Positions 1 through 10,704 of a stretch of DNA of 64,000 nt are shown here, one piece after another. A model generated the notes under the pieces. The model did not search any database, was not told where the DNA came from, and saw nothing but the letters and a program-made list of their open reading frames with translations. Position 1 is the stretch's first letter. Every line of letters begins with the position of its first letter. Location of the stretch: IMG/VR virus record IMGVR_UViG_3300023179_000009, positions 394,814-458,813 of that record; one strand, 5' to 3'. Both the position numbers and the translations under genes were made by a program.

Positions 1-1896
1 CCTGCTGGTAGTACTATTATGATTTTGTTTGAATCTGGGAACGTTGACTCTGCATTTTATCTAGGAACAGCTTGGAGTAAAGATCGAAGGCCCGGTGGAC
101 AAGATATAATGGACATTTTTCCTTCTCGTGAATGGCAGCGTGTTTATCAAGGACACAGAAAGGGATATTTGGTTGGACCAGACGACGAGTCTCAAGTTTA
201 CCCTCCCTGGAACACAGAATCTTACAACGGAAGCGACATTTACGATATTAAAAAATTTGTTTTTGACCCCAATGAACAAAAAAGAACAACTTATCCAAAC
301 ATTTATGGATTCAAAACTCCCGAAAAACATATGTTAAAAATGGTTGACGGGAACGCAAAATGTAACAGGAGATGGAAAAGACTGGAGATAATGTCGGGTT
401 GTGGAAATTGGATGATCTTCAAGGATGATCACCTTCATTACGGTGGCCAGTGGGCACATCCAAGTTGCCCTCCGGACCCTGGTGGGGGTAATGTTGATGT
501 CTGTTCTATACACCAAGATAGACTTCCTTATTTTAGTAATTTCCATGGAGAACCTATCGAGAAGGGTGCTGGTTGCGAACCAAATTGCGAAGGAAAAAGC
601 AAAACTCAATGTTCTAGAATTTTGGGAGGACACACTTCTACTCCATGCGACCCAGAGACAAAATATTGCAAATCTCAAGGTGGTGCGAATCCTTTTTTTA
701 AACATAAAAATGAATGTCGTCCATATAAGGGACCACAAACTCCACAAAACAACAAATGTGATTTGCCGCAATCAGGCATTCAATTTTTATCCATATCTGG
801 TCACACTTGGGTAATGGACGACTCTGTGGAGGAACCCAAGGGTAAGCCTGAGTGGGAGCGAAGTATGCAACCTTTTGATTTTGGTTGTAGCGATTTATTT
901 CAAGGAAGAACATATTGGAAAAGTGCAACTGGTCATTCGATAATGATGAGCGATGTTGAGAAAAAAGGCTTATGCACAGGAGGAAAGCCAGGAAGGCCAA
1001 ATATAAATTATATTAAACTTCTCTCTGCTTCGGGAAATAGAATAGAGTTAAACGATCACACAATTCCGGTGTGTAGGGGCGGAGAAGATCGTGGAATTCA
1101 CATGCAAAGCACATCAAACCATGTGATTAAAATGATCGATCATTTAGTTAGTCAATGTTCTCCTTGTAGGCGTGAAGGCGGAAAACCAATTCCAAATGCA
1201 ACAAGAGCATATATTCAAATAAGATCAGGGTACGGACTGGAAATGAGATATAATGACGACTTCAGTCAACAAACAACACAAAAACAATGGATACAAATTT
1301 TGCACCCACAATGTGTTAGTCCTCAGTCCGACAAGGCTTGTAATTCTCTACCGAGTTGTGGATACAGGGGACCGCATATTTTAAGATTTCAAGGTCGCCC
1401 CAAGGGTCAAGCTGGTTGCATTTATCTCCGGGCTGGAGGTCATTCGGTTCGTCAAACTTATGATTTTGACGTTGTTTTAGTTGGCGACAAAGAATGTAAT
1501 CCTTCCGATAAAATTACTTATGTTTCAAGAAAACATATTAGGGGTTGCGAAGATGTGGACTTTAGATATTCCGGGAAAAGACACGTTTTTTTTGCGGAGA
1601 AAAGAATTTTATTACTTGCTGGACGAGATTGCCCGCCCAAGCCTCCTAAAAAATGCAAAGGTCCATGTGTTTATAGTGTTATAATAGCACGATGTCCTGT
1701 TATATGTCCGTTAACTGGTATCGTTCATTGGACCCAAAAATCAATGAGCGAAAGAGTTTTTGCCTCTGGTTGGCATCCGTGTCCTGCTTGTTTGCCTTGT
1801 AGGATACCTGGATGTGAACACCCAGAGCCAGAGCCACCGAATGTAAAGATAGACACAGGTATAGGTATAATAGAAGTAAATAATAACGTTGATTAA
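1..1896 (+). CDS. Baseplate hub/spike protein, gp5/VgrG-like, Cys-rich (5'-truncated by window edge)
   Basis: Frame is open from base 1 (PAGSTIMILFESGNVDSAFYLG resembles the end of the gp5/VgrG OB-fold); repeated S-x-x-G-H-x-x-x-M-x-D beta-strand units; directly upstream of gp25 and gp6 homologues. Confidence 0.7.
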   Translation, partial: PAGSTIMILFESGNVDSAFYLGTAWSKDRRPGGQDIMDIFPSREWQRVYQGHRKGYLVGPDDESQVYPPWNTESYNGSDIYDIKKFVFDPNEQKRTTYPNIYGFKTPEKHMLKMVDGNAKCNRRWKRLEIMSGCGNWMIFKDDHLHYGGQWAHPSCPPDPGGGNVDVCSIHQDRLPYFSNFHGEPIEKGAGCEPNCEGKSKTQCSRILGGHTSTPCDPETKYCKSQGGANPFFKHKNECRPYKGPQTPQNNKCDLPQSGIQFLSISGHTWVMDDSVEEPKGKPEWERSMQPFDFGCSDLFQGRTYWKSATGHSIMMSDVEKKGLCTGGKPGRPNINYIKLLSASGNRIELNDHTIPVCRGGEDRGIHMQSTSNHVIKMIDHLVSQCSPCRREGGKPIPNATRAYIQIRSGYGLEMRYNDDFSQQTTQKQWIQILHPQCVSPQSDKACNSLPSCGYRGPHILRFQGRPKGQAGCIYLRAGGHSVRQTYDFDVVLVGDKECNPSDKITYVSRKHIRGCEDVDFRYSGKRHVFFAEKRILLLAGRDCPPKPPKKCKGPCVYSVIIARCPVICPLTGIVHWTQKSMSERVFASGWHPCPACLPCRIPGCEHPEPEPPNVKIDTGIGIIEVNNNVD

Positions 1897-1899
1897 ATT

Positions 1900-2328
1900 A
1901 TGACAAATAGTAGTAAATTTTTAGGATTGCAATATCCACTTGTAAAAACGCCAAGAGGCATCATGGCCCAAAAAACTGGTGTTGATCAAATTAAAGCTGA
2001 TTTATTGCAACTTTTGTTAACAAATCCCGGAGAAAGAGTTATGTTGCCAACATATGGAACTCCTTTAAGGGAATTGTTTTTTGAACCAAATGATAAAACT
2101 CTAGAATCAAAAGCAAGACAAATAATAGCCGAATCGATCATCACCTGGGAGCCTAGAATAGTTGTATCAGATATACAAGTGACTTCAAATGCTCCCAAAT
2201 CTTCGTTAAATCAATATGATTCTTTTGATGAAAAAGATGCTATCTTATATATAAGCATAAAATTTATAGACCCGGAAAATATCCAATCTGTTGAAGAATT
2301 AGTGTTAGAAAGGCCCGTTGGTGCTTAA
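1900..2328 (+). CDS. gp25: Baseplate wedge subunit, GPW/gp25 family
   Basis: LLLTNPGERVMLPTYGTPL and ITWEPRI motifs typical of gp25; baseplate context. Confidence 0.9.
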   Translation: MTNSSKFLGLQYPLVKTPRGIMAQKTGVDQIKADLLQLLLTNPGERVMLPTYGTPLRELFFEPNDKTLESKARQIIAESIITWEPRIVVSDIQVTSNAPKSSLNQYDSFDEKDAILYISIKFIDPENIQSVEELVLERPVGA

Positions 2329-2330
2329 TT

Positions 2331-3887
2331 ATGGCTTATGAAAATTGTCCTTTTGATGTAACCCCTTATGATCAATCTAACTTGGTTAAAGTTCCCAATC
2401 TTGTAAACTTGAATTATACAAATCAAGATTTTTGGTCAATGAAATCCAGACTGGTTTCTTTCATAAAAGAAAAGTTTGCTGATTCTTTTAATGACTTTGT
2501 AGAGTCAGACTTGGCCATTATGCTCATTGAAAATTGGGCTTTTATTGCTGATACCCTGAGTTTTAAGATGGATCAAATAGCGAATGAAATATTTATAGAC
2601 ACGGTGAGCGAGGTTGATAACGCCTTTCGTTTAAGTTTGTTGGTGGGATTTAAACCTCAGCCGCCGATAGGATCAAGATCCTTATGGTCTGCAACAATAA
2701 ATAATGTTCTAGAGACAGACCTGGACATACCAACCCCGTTGCAGATTCCTTTTAACTCAGAACAGGGTCAAAGATATATTGAGCTTTTTGCAGCAGATGA
2801 GAACAACCAACCTATTTTTGGCCAAAACATTTACATACAAGCAGGTTCTTTTTTGACAACAGCCATAGTAGGTGTCGAAGGTCAAACTTTTGAGCAAAAT
2901 GCAAGAGGAACCGGTGAGTCAAATCAATTTATTAGTTTGCCACAAGGCCCAGTTCTTTCAAATTCCATAAAGGTATCGGTGGATGGCAATGAGTGGACAC
3001 AGGTCGAGTATTTTTCAGAGTCTCAACCCAAAAAAGAATTTAGAGTTGAGTATAACACAATTTACAACGCTTTTATAATTTTTGGAAACAATCGTGCTGG
3101 ACAAATACCTTCTTTGAACGCAGATATTCGTGTTTCGTATCGAGTGGGAGGTGGTGTAGTTGGAAATATAGTCACTGGGTCGGTTGAGGTTCAAAAAAAT
3201 TATATTGTTCCAGGTTTTGATTTTAGAGTTCCTGTGACTTTTAGAAATTACACCAAAGGTGAATTTGGTTATGCTGGTGATGGAATCGATGATATAAAAA
3301 GAAAATTACCACACTGGCTTAGGACACAAAATAGGGTTGTGTCCGGTGACGATATTGAAGCTTTTGCAAATCAGTTTTCAACTGACTATAATGGACAGAT
3401 TGGAAAAGCCAAAGCAGTTTTGAGAAATTATGGGTGTGCCGCAAATGTGATTGATCTTTATATTTTAGCAAGACAAGATCAAGACAATCTTGTGATCTCA
3501 GATAATGGTTTAAAAGTTGAATTGCTAGAATCTTTAGATAATAAAAAAATGATGACGGACCTTATTTGTATCAAAGATGGATCTATTATAGAAGTTGATG
3601 TTGCGATTGACATAACTATGGATAAATTTTATAGAAAATTTGAAGAAGAATTTTTAGAAAAAATAAATCGTCGTGTTAATAATTTTTTTCTTTTAAATAA
3701 TTGGGATTATGGAAAGACTCTAAACGCTGTTGATCTGATTAAAACCACCTCGGATGTTCCTGAAATAAGACAGGTTGAGGTAAATTTAAATACTTCAAAT
3801 GAATCTAACTCAGGTCTTGTTGTTACAACAAAATTTTATGAAATTATAAGACCAGCCAATATAGAAATCAACTTTATTTACGAATAA
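2331..3887 (+). CDS. gp6: Baseplate wedge subunit, gp6/baseplate J-like
   Basis: NYTNQDFWSMKSRL, NDFVESD, Y-R-V-G-G-G-x-x-G-N and Q-N-R-V-V-S-G-D-D motifs; follows gp25. Confidence 0.85.
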   Translation: MAYENCPFDVTPYDQSNLVKVPNLVNLNYTNQDFWSMKSRLVSFIKEKFADSFNDFVESDLAIMLIENWAFIADTLSFKMDQIANEIFIDTVSEVDNAFRLSLLVGFKPQPPIGSRSLWSATINNVLETDLDIPTPLQIPFNSEQGQRYIELFAADENNQPIFGQNIYIQAGSFLTTAIVGVEGQTFEQNARGTGESNQFISLPQGPVLSNSIKVSVDGNEWTQVEYFSESQPKKEFRVEYNTIYNAFIIFGNNRAGQIPSLNADIRVSYRVGGGVVGNIVTGSVEVQKNYIVPGFDFRVPVTFRNYTKGEFGYAGDGIDDIKRKLPHWLRTQNRVVSGDDIEAFANQFSTDYNGQIGKAKAVLRNYGCAANVIDLYILARQDQDNLVISDNGLKVELLESLDNKKMMTDLICIKDGSIIEVDVAIDITMDKFYRKFEEEFLEKINRRVNNFFLLNNWDYGKTLNAVDLIKTTSDVPEIRQVEVNLNTSNESNSGLVVTTKFYEIIRPANIEINFIYE

Positions 3888-3896
3888 CGGACCAAA

Positions 3897-6800
3897 ATGG
3901 CACTAAAAAAAATAAATGAAAATCCAAAAATAACCGACGTTATTCTAATTGAGATCGAAACACCTGGAGTTGACGGGTGTTTTACAAATAACCCTTATAA
4001 AGTGGATAATTTGACAATTTATTATGTTGAACGTGATTTCATGGGAGATAATTTTGGGGAATACTCCTCAGAGGTTGTTGATGATAATTTAAAAGTTAAG
4101 TTAAAAAAAGCCGAAGAGGAATTTTGCGGGAACCCTAATTTAGATAATCTAAATAAATTAGAAAAAATAAAAACGGAGATCTACTCCGCCACACAAAGAA
4201 ATACTTTTTATTACAAAGACCGATCAATTGTAAAGCAAGTTGGTTCGCCATCTTTCCCAGCTTGGTTGTCAACTGACACCGATAATGCTTATTTGCAATT
4301 AAAAGAAAATCAATATGGAAGTTTTTATTACGAATGGGATCCAAAAGGTCACGCAAGAGAAGGCGACTATTTTATTTGTTGGACTTGGACCCCAATTCCA
4401 GATGGAGAAAAGTTATCTGCTCATTTGCATTTTTTTGTTGAAGGTGATGGAGCAGCCGTTTCCGCCACTCCTGCACACGTAACGCCAAAAGATAAATATG
4501 AAACTTTATTGGAACGCTATCTTCCAGAAGTCTACAAATACACTCTTTCAAATAACGATATAACCCCCCAAGTAACAGAAAGACTCAATCAGTCTGTTGC
4601 TAAAGGTTTTACTTTTTTGGAGGATATGGCAAATCAATTAATAGATTTATTCGATGCCAATGCCCTGCACGAATCTTTATTAAATTATCTTTCCAATCTT
4701 TTCGCAATCAAACTGAGGTCGAGTGATCCAACTTTGTGGAGAAGACAAATAAAAGAAGCAATCCCTTTATTCAAAAAAAAGGGAACTTTAGACGGTTTAA
4801 AACAAGCTTTTACACAATCCGGGATGGTTTTAAATTCGTATGTTCAATATTGGCAAATTACCTCTCCGTATACATGGATTCAAGTTTTTAAGGTAAAAGA
4901 CAGTGTAAGTTTTATTTTAGAAAAAGATAATATCGTATCATTTAATAGTCAAAATTTTAAGTTATGGTTAAAAAGAGAAGGGCAAGAATACACGGAAGTT
5001 TCCTTTGATAATGTATCGTTTAGTTCTGGAGAAGACGGTTTAATTCGAATGACATGGGTTGGGGATCAGTTGTCCACAAACAGGCTGGATTTATATGAAA
5101 ATGATAAAATTAAATTGCAATATCAATATCATCCAATAAATTCTAATAATGAACAAAATATAGAAAATTATATACAAATGCTCCCTTTGATGGATCAAAG
5201 AAACGAAGACGATCAGGATTATCCTCCCAAAAATTGGAACGTTAAACTAATTGCCGAAGACGATCCGATGTTCTCGGTTTTAATTCCTGTTAGGCATCCA
5301 TTTGCTGACCCTCTCCAATTCGGTTGGGTCAGAACTGAATTTGCTTACTCTGAAAATGTTTATAACGCAGAAGAGTATAATGGTTCCACTAGACCTTCTT
5401 TTGATGCTTGTCGTATAGATAAAGAATTTATAGATCCATGCAGGGCTTGTTTAAGTAGTTCGTATAGTTTGGATGTCGGCATTGAAGAACTCTCCAATGA
5501 CAGAATTTTAGAAGCACAAGATATACTTCGAGAATATGTTCCTTTTCACGCTCAACTATACTCAATTGGATTTACAGGAGAGGTAAATGAATTTGTTCAA
5601 TCGCCAGTTGAGAAGATAGAAACATTGGTTACATTAGATTATTCTCAATTTATTTTATCCGGGAACTCAAACCCATTTTTTACTAGAAATTTAGAAAAAG
5701 GATCAAGCAATTATTTTATTACAAGAGAAGACCTTACCGATCAAGTCACAGTTTTGTCTGGTAAGATTGGCGTGGCTTATAATGATCATATAAAAATAAT
5801 AATCCCCGATTACAATCTTAAAAGTTTAGGGTTAAATGTCCAAAATCATATTTTGGAAGTATTATCCCCATCCGTTAATGTTGGGACATATACTATTGAT
5901 GAAATAGAGGGAAACACAGCAAAAGTTACATCTTATGTTAACGAACCCCTAGATAAAACAGCCTTTACTTTTAATTTGTCAAATATTATTTACGGAAACA
6001 CAAACTCTTCAATATTTCAAAGAGATTTAGTAAAATTAAATGATTTAAAGAATGATATAATAAAATATTCAATAAAGACTGTTTGGCATAGGGAATTTGA
6101 TGATTATGAAGGAGAAGTTTATAAAATTTTAATTCCTTCGTATTCAAACGTAGCTTTTGATATAGAACAAATTTTGGACGGAAACATTATTATCAAAAAT
6201 GATAGTTTTGTTTTCTCTAATGCAACAAACGTAAATTATTCTATAATTGATGATTCGGGAGAAGTGATACTCAATAGTAATTTTGGCAATTTATTTGTAG
6301 AAAAAAGAGGTCTAGTAAACTTTAACGATTCTGCAATTTTGAATATAAATGATTTTGTAAAAATTGGCGATTTTTTATATTACAATCAACAAGAGTTCAT
6401 CATATCTGAAATATCCGACAACAGTTTTTATATTAAAAATTATTTAAGTGGCGATGCAGTAGGAGTTTCTGTACACAATAGAAGAAGGTTAATTGTTAAC
6501 GGAGTTGGTTTTTTTGGCTATAAAGGACTTAATTTAAAAACTCAATTTGATCATGAATCAGAGTTTGAGATGATGAATGGCAAAAACAGGCCGATTGACG
6601 AAAACGAAATCTTACAAGAAAATTCATTTATTCAAAATTTTATGTTTAAAATTGGAGAAGAATTTTATAAAATTACCTCTATTAATAAAACAGATGTGGT
6701 TTTAAATGGTCGAGAACAAGACTGGACTACTTTGAATTTTGGCGGAGAACCAGTGGATTATTCTATAATTAAGTTTCCTAAAAAACAAATAAACGTAGGA

Positions 6801-7001
6801 TTTACTGTGTTTAGTGGCCTAGATAGAAGTGGATATGACCCTGTAATTCGTGAAATCGAATCTGAAATAGATCAGAACACGGCTACTGTTGCTTTGAGCA
6901 TGCCAAAAAGTAGCGGTTTTCAAGAAAGTGTTTCAAACGGAGAAAATATTTTGGTTACAATTGAGTCTAAAAACGGCGAAAAAATAGAAGGTGAATTATG
7001 A
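3897..7001 (+). CDS. Baseplate wedge protein, gp7/P2 gpI-like
   Basis: LLNYLSNLFAIKL...WRRQIKEAIPLFKKKGTLDGLKQAF resembles the phage tail P2_I domain; follows gp6. Confidence 0.65.
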   Translation: MALKKINENPKITDVILIEIETPGVDGCFTNNPYKVDNLTIYYVERDFMGDNFGEYSSEVVDDNLKVKLKKAEEEFCGNPNLDNLNKLEKIKTEIYSATQRNTFYYKDRSIVKQVGSPSFPAWLSTDTDNAYLQLKENQYGSFYYEWDPKGHAREGDYFICWTWTPIPDGEKLSAHLHFFVEGDGAAVSATPAHVTPKDKYETLLERYLPEVYKYTLSNNDITPQVTERLNQSVAKGFTFLEDMANQLIDLFDANALHESLLNYLSNLFAIKLRSSDPTLWRRQIKEAIPLFKKKGTLDGLKQAFTQSGMVLNSYVQYWQITSPYTWIQVFKVKDSVSFILEKDNIVSFNSQNFKLWLKREGQEYTEVSFDNVSFSSGEDGLIRMTWVGDQLSTNRLDLYENDKIKLQYQYHPINSNNEQNIENYIQMLPLMDQRNEDDQDYPPKNWNVKLIAEDDPMFSVLIPVRHPFADPLQFGWVRTEFAYSENVYNAEEYNGSTRPSFDACRIDKEFIDPCRACLSSSYSLDVGIEELSNDRILEAQDILREYVPFHAQLYSIGFTGEVNEFVQSPVEKIETLVTLDYSQFILSGNSNPFFTRNLEKGSSNYFITREDLTDQVTVLSGKIGVAYNDHIKIIIPDYNLKSLGLNVQNHILEVLSPSVNVGTYTIDEIEGNTAKVTSYVNEPLDKTAFTFNLSNIIYGNTNSSIFQRDLVKLNDLKNDIIKYSIKTVWHREFDDYEGEVYKILIPSYSNVAFDIEQILDGNIIIKNDSFVFSNATNVNYSIIDDSGEVILNSNFGNLFVEKRGLVNFNDSAILNINDFVKIGDFLYYNQQEFIISEISDNSFYIKNYLSGDAVGVSVHNRRRLIVNGVGFFGYKGLNLKTQFDHESEFEMMNGKNRPIDENEILQENSFIQNFMFKIGEEFYKITSINKTDVVLNGREQDWTTLNFGGEPVDYSIIKFPKKQINVGFTVFSGLDRSGYDPVIREIESEIDQNTATVALSMPKSSGFQESVSNGENILVTIESKNGEKIEGEL

Positions 7002-7471
7002 TTTCTGACAGTATGCAACCAATTGGGGATGTTGAGATTATTTTAGAGTGTCGAAGCGGCACCTCTGAGATTAAAAATTTTAAAAACACCGTTTTACTGG
7101 GTGGGAGAAGGGCTTTAGCTAAATGTTTAGCGAATCAAATAGGTGATAAATTTCAATTTAATATAGTTAATATGGTTTTTGGAGATGGGGGAACAAATAA
7201 CGGTGTTAAAAAATTTGTAAATGCTGGAAGAGAAGGTTTGTTTGGCATCACAAGATTATCAAAACCAGCGTTATCGAATTTAGATAATTCTATACCCGCT
7301 CAAGTGATATTCACATCTGTAATAAAATTCGATGAAGTAGTTGGGGTTACTTTAAACGAAATGGCTTTACAAATGGCGAATGGTCAATTATATAGTATGG
7401 TTACATTCCCTGATTTAAATAAAACAGAGGATATGCAGCTTACATTCAACTGGAGAATTAATTTTGTTTAA
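6998..7471 (+). CDS. Baseplate/tail-fibre-associated structural protein
   Basis: KNTVLLGGR...FGDGG...LNEMAL...F-x-W pattern of tail-collar-type proteins; ATGA overlap with the upstream gene. Confidence 0.5.
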   Translation: MISDSMQPIGDVEIILECRSGTSEIKNFKNTVLLGGRRALAKCLANQIGDKFQFNIVNMVFGDGGTNNGVKKFVNAGREGLFGITRLSKPALSNLDNSIPAQVIFTSVIKFDEVVGVTLNEMALQMANGQLYSMVTFPDLNKTEDMQLTFNWRINFV

Positions 7472-7494
7472 ACAACAATAAAGAAGGTTTTGCA

Positions 7495-8277
7495 ATGCCA
7501 AGAATCGAACTTATACCCGAAGTTTTATACGGCCCAATGGATCCAATTCATTGGGAAATAGACAATTTGCCACTTAAAGCAATTCTAAGAAGGCAAAATT
7601 TAATCAATCTAGCTTTAGATAACGTCATTGCACAAATTCGTGACGCAATAGGAACACAAGGGAGTTTGTCGAATCGTTTAAATCAATCAATAAATCCAGA
7701 TGGTAGTTTAAAAACTGAATCTATTAATGAAACTCTCCACAGTATTGAAGATCACCAAGACACAGATCTTTATGTAAGGATGACTCGTGAAGAATCAGAG
7801 AAGTTGGCAAATATTGCCGATGAGGCAAAAAACGTTAGTTTTGAAATTTTTACTAACGAATCTTCTTTTGTTGGTTTTTCGGAAGGGGTTCTAAAAATAA
7901 AACCATCAAGCACCCTAATTCCTAGTTTTGAAGCCCCCGATGTAGTGAAATTCAATCTTAACTTCCCAGCATCCTCCGCTCATCAACATTATTATGGTTT
8001 AGTGCCTGTCCATGAGGATATTGTAAATCCAAATCACAAGAACTATAGAGTTGTTAGTGCGAATACTAATTTTATTGAGGGTTCGTTGCGTGTTTACATA
8101 AATGGAGTTAGAATTTTTGAAGATGATGAGGTCTATGTGCCGGGAGCGATGTTAGAAGACGCATGGACGTTACTATCGTTTACTTCAAATTCATCCGATG
8201 GTTCATTCGAACTGTCTTCTGCTATAACCGAAGATGATATTATAAGAATTGATTTTGATATATCTTTGGTTGAATAA
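7495..8277 (+). CDS. Putative virion structural protein
   Basis: In the baseplate operon; C-terminal GSLRVYINGVR...IRIDF beta-rich motif. Confidence 0.45.
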   Translation: MPRIELIPEVLYGPMDPIHWEIDNLPLKAILRRQNLINLALDNVIAQIRDAIGTQGSLSNRLNQSINPDGSLKTESINETLHSIEDHQDTDLYVRMTREESEKLANIADEAKNVSFEIFTNESSFVGFSEGVLKIKPSSTLIPSFEAPDVVKFNLNFPASSAHQHYYGLVPVHEDIVNPNHKNYRVVSANTNFIEGSLRVYINGVRIFEDDEVYVPGAMLEDAWTLLSFTSNSSDGSFELSSAITEDDIIRIDFDISLVE

Positions 8278-8301
8278 TTTTGAAAATATAGAAAGACCAT
8301 A

Positions 8302-8835
8302 ATGGAAGTATGTTTCTTGATTCTGAATCCTGATGGGAATTACATCGGTTTAAAGAATACAATTGGATCAATTAAATTAAGAAGTTTTAATAGAGATTAT
8401 ATTTGTGCTGTTGGCCAAAACACGGGTTCTAAAGAATTAAAAGAAATGAAGGAATTGTGTCCAACATTTAAAGGCAAAAATACAATAACAAGTTTAATAA
8501 ATACTGGTTTTAAAAAAATTAAAAAAGGATGGGTTTGTATTGTTTTTAGCGGAAGTAGAATTCCGGCTGGCATAGAAAAAAAATGGAGTCTTTTTTGTAA
8601 GAATGAAAACGATGTCTTGTATCCAATAGTTGAAAAAAAGTATAATTTTGTAGAAGGCTCTTTTAATGGGGTTTTAATCAACACCGATTTTTTTAATAAA
8701 TGCGGAGACTTTCCTGATCATGTTATGCAAAAACAAGGTTTAAATGATTTTGAGTTTGCAAAACTTTTGTGGTCTTTTGATGCCTTGAAAAATGGCGCTT
8801 GTTTTAAAGGAATTATTGGTATGAAGGTGATATAA
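8302..8835 (+). CDS. Hypothetical protein, possible compact GT-A glycosyltransferase-like fold
   Basis: Weak resemblance (ITSLINTGFKK..GWVCIVFSG; GVLINTDFFNKCGDFPD); no clear DxD motif. Confidence 0.3.
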   Translation: MEVCFLILNPDGNYIGLKNTIGSIKLRSFNRDYICAVGQNTGSKELKEMKELCPTFKGKNTITSLINTGFKKIKKGWVCIVFSGSRIPAGIEKKWSLFCKNENDVLYPIVEKKYNFVEGSFNGVLINTDFFNKCGDFPDHVMQKQGLNDFEFAKLLWSFDALKNGACFKGIIGMKVI

Positions 8836-8837
8836 AG

Positions 8838-9341
8838 ATGTTAGAACATAGCGGCTGGACAATAACATTAAGAAAAGAAAATGAGGAAGATACACTACTT
8901 CAGTCACCTGTTAGATCTTTTTCTTTGACTCGTGAAAACGATGATTATTCTCAAATCGCAAGCAATATAGAGGTTACGATTGATAATTGTAACCTCTTGT
9001 TAAACGAAGGCACCTCTATGTTGGGTCAAAAATTTGACATAACCATGATTTGTGAGCCTTATGAAGGGTCTAAAAAAAATATTTTAGACGCAACTCTTAT
9101 TAGTTTGACTCACAAATTGGAAGGAACAAACATGCATGTTGTCGCAAATTGGAGTTATCTTGAAGATGAGTCTTTCCCACAAACTGTTAATGTTGATACA
9201 AGACAGATTTGGGAAGTAGCTGATTATTATACGTCTATTTCAAACTATAATATTGGTATTCAAGCGGTGTACAATGAGGGATTTATTAATTTAAACTTAG
9301 ACCGGGATCAAAAAGTGAATTGGAGTCTGTTAGGGTTTTGA
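8838..9341 (+). CDS. Hypothetical protein
   Basis: 167-aa ORF tightly spaced in the operon. Confidence 0.5.
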   Translation: MLEHSGWTITLRKENEEDTLLQSPVRSFSLTRENDDYSQIASNIEVTIDNCNLLLNEGTSMLGQKFDITMICEPYEGSKKNILDATLISLTHKLEGTNMHVVANWSYLEDESFPQTVNVDTRQIWEVADYYTSISNYNIGIQAVYNEGFINLNLDRDQKVNWSLLGF

Positions 9342-9931
9342 AGTCTAATATGTTCAAGGTATTTTCTAATCAAAACCCATTTATTTGACATTTTAACTTC
9401 ACCAGAGTCTATTTTTAACAACTCTTCAACAACTTCTTCCAGGCTTCCAAAAACATTGCAGCGAGTTTGTTTTTGAGAGTCTTCTAAATCCACAACATCA
9501 TAAAGCCATCTAGGTAATTTTGATAAACCCCCATCGCACACAAAAAAACAAGGCTTGTGTTGCTGCTCTGCAAGAAAAACTTCGTTATAAGTTCCGCACA
9601 AATGAATGTTGGGGTCTATAACAACCACAAGAAAGTCGGAAAGGTCCACAAATCTTAGGTCAAATCTTCTATATTTTGAAACATAATCTCTTAGTTCTAA
9701 ATATTTCCCTTCTTTTTGAAGTTTAACTTGATATTCCTTGTCTTCTCCTAATTTTATATCTTCGCCACCGGGTTTATTTGTTGGATCTATAAAATCAATA
9801 TTTAAACCTTTATCCCAAATCATTTTCATAAATTGCCTACGCCAAGAAACCCCACTATCAGCAGCGTATTCCATTGCTCCCGAAAGGTAACAACAAGCCT
9901 GATCGAGTTTTCCCCTAGAAAGTTCATTCAT
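9308..9931 (-). CDS. Nucleoside 2-deoxyribosyltransferase-like protein
   Basis: YLSGAMEYAADSGVSWR, IDP, D..FVDLSDFLVV and GTYNEVFLA..HKP motifs of the NDT/N-glycosidase fold. Confidence 0.7.
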   Translation of the reverse strand: MNELSRGKLDQACCYLSGAMEYAADSGVSWRRQFMKMIWDKGLNIDFIDPTNKPGGEDIKLGEDKEYQVKLQKEGKYLELRDYVSKYRRFDLRFVDLSDFLVVVIDPNIHLCGTYNEVFLAEQQHKPCFFVCDGGLSKLPRWLYDVVDLEDSQKQTRCNVFGSLEEVVEELLKIDSGEVKMSNKWVLIRKYLEHIRLQNPNRLQFTF

Positions 9932-9989
9932 TTTTCAAAAACTCCTTTACTAATTTAAAGTTGTAACAATCTCTCAAATCGGAGGATAA

Positions 9990-10700
9990 ATGTCAATAGA
10001 ATTATTAGAAAAAACAAATGATTTGTTGGAAAAAGTAAAAATACCGGACAGACACACGTATTTTCAGATAGAAAAATTTATAATTGGCAAAGAGCCAACG
10101 GCACAATCTCAATTATGGGCCATTCTAAAAGAGTTGCAGTCAAGGAAAGAAACCGTCGAACAATTTCACAAAGATCTTAAGGACGCCGAGGACAACCTGG
10201 AATTATTTGATATTAAAATAGAAAGATTAAATAGGTTGATAAAAAACGAATCTTCTTCTTCAAATGTGGAGGAATCAGGGCTAAATATTAAAGAATACGA
10301 AATAAATATAAGAAAGTTATTAAGAGAAAAAGAAAGTTTAATAAAATCTGCACAAAAACTAAACAAAAAATTAAAAGGTGTTTTGGAGGAAATGAATTGT
10401 TTATTAATTGGATATGAAAAAATTACATCAAAATATGAAGAATTAAAGGATTTAGATGACGAACAATCGCAAAAAGAAATGTGGAATGAAAAATTGTTAG
10501 AAGAATTTAATTTAAGGTTAATACTTCAAAGACCCCTAGACCCAGATTTTGTTAGAACAGTATTGTCTCTTCACGACGAATCTACTGCAAAAAAACAAGT
10601 CGTAACTTTAATTGAAAATATTCAAAAAAAAATGATTGCTGATAGGAGTCCAAACCAACAACCTCAAGTTGAAAGCAAGCCAAAGATCATGGCTAATTAA
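9990..10700 (+). CDS. Coiled-coil hypothetical protein
   Basis: Heptad-rich K/E/L sequence; GGAGG Shine-Dalgarno upstream. Confidence 0.55.
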   Translation: MSIELLEKTNDLLEKVKIPDRHTYFQIEKFIIGKEPTAQSQLWAILKELQSRKETVEQFHKDLKDAEDNLELFDIKIERLNRLIKNESSSSNVEESGLNIKEYEINIRKLLREKESLIKSAQKLNKKLKGVLEEMNCLLIGYEKITSKYEELKDLDDEQSQKEMWNEKLLEEFNLRLILQRPLDPDFVRTVLSLHDESTAKKQVVTLIENIQKKMIADRSPNQQPQVESKPKIMAN

Positions 10701-10704
10701 AATT

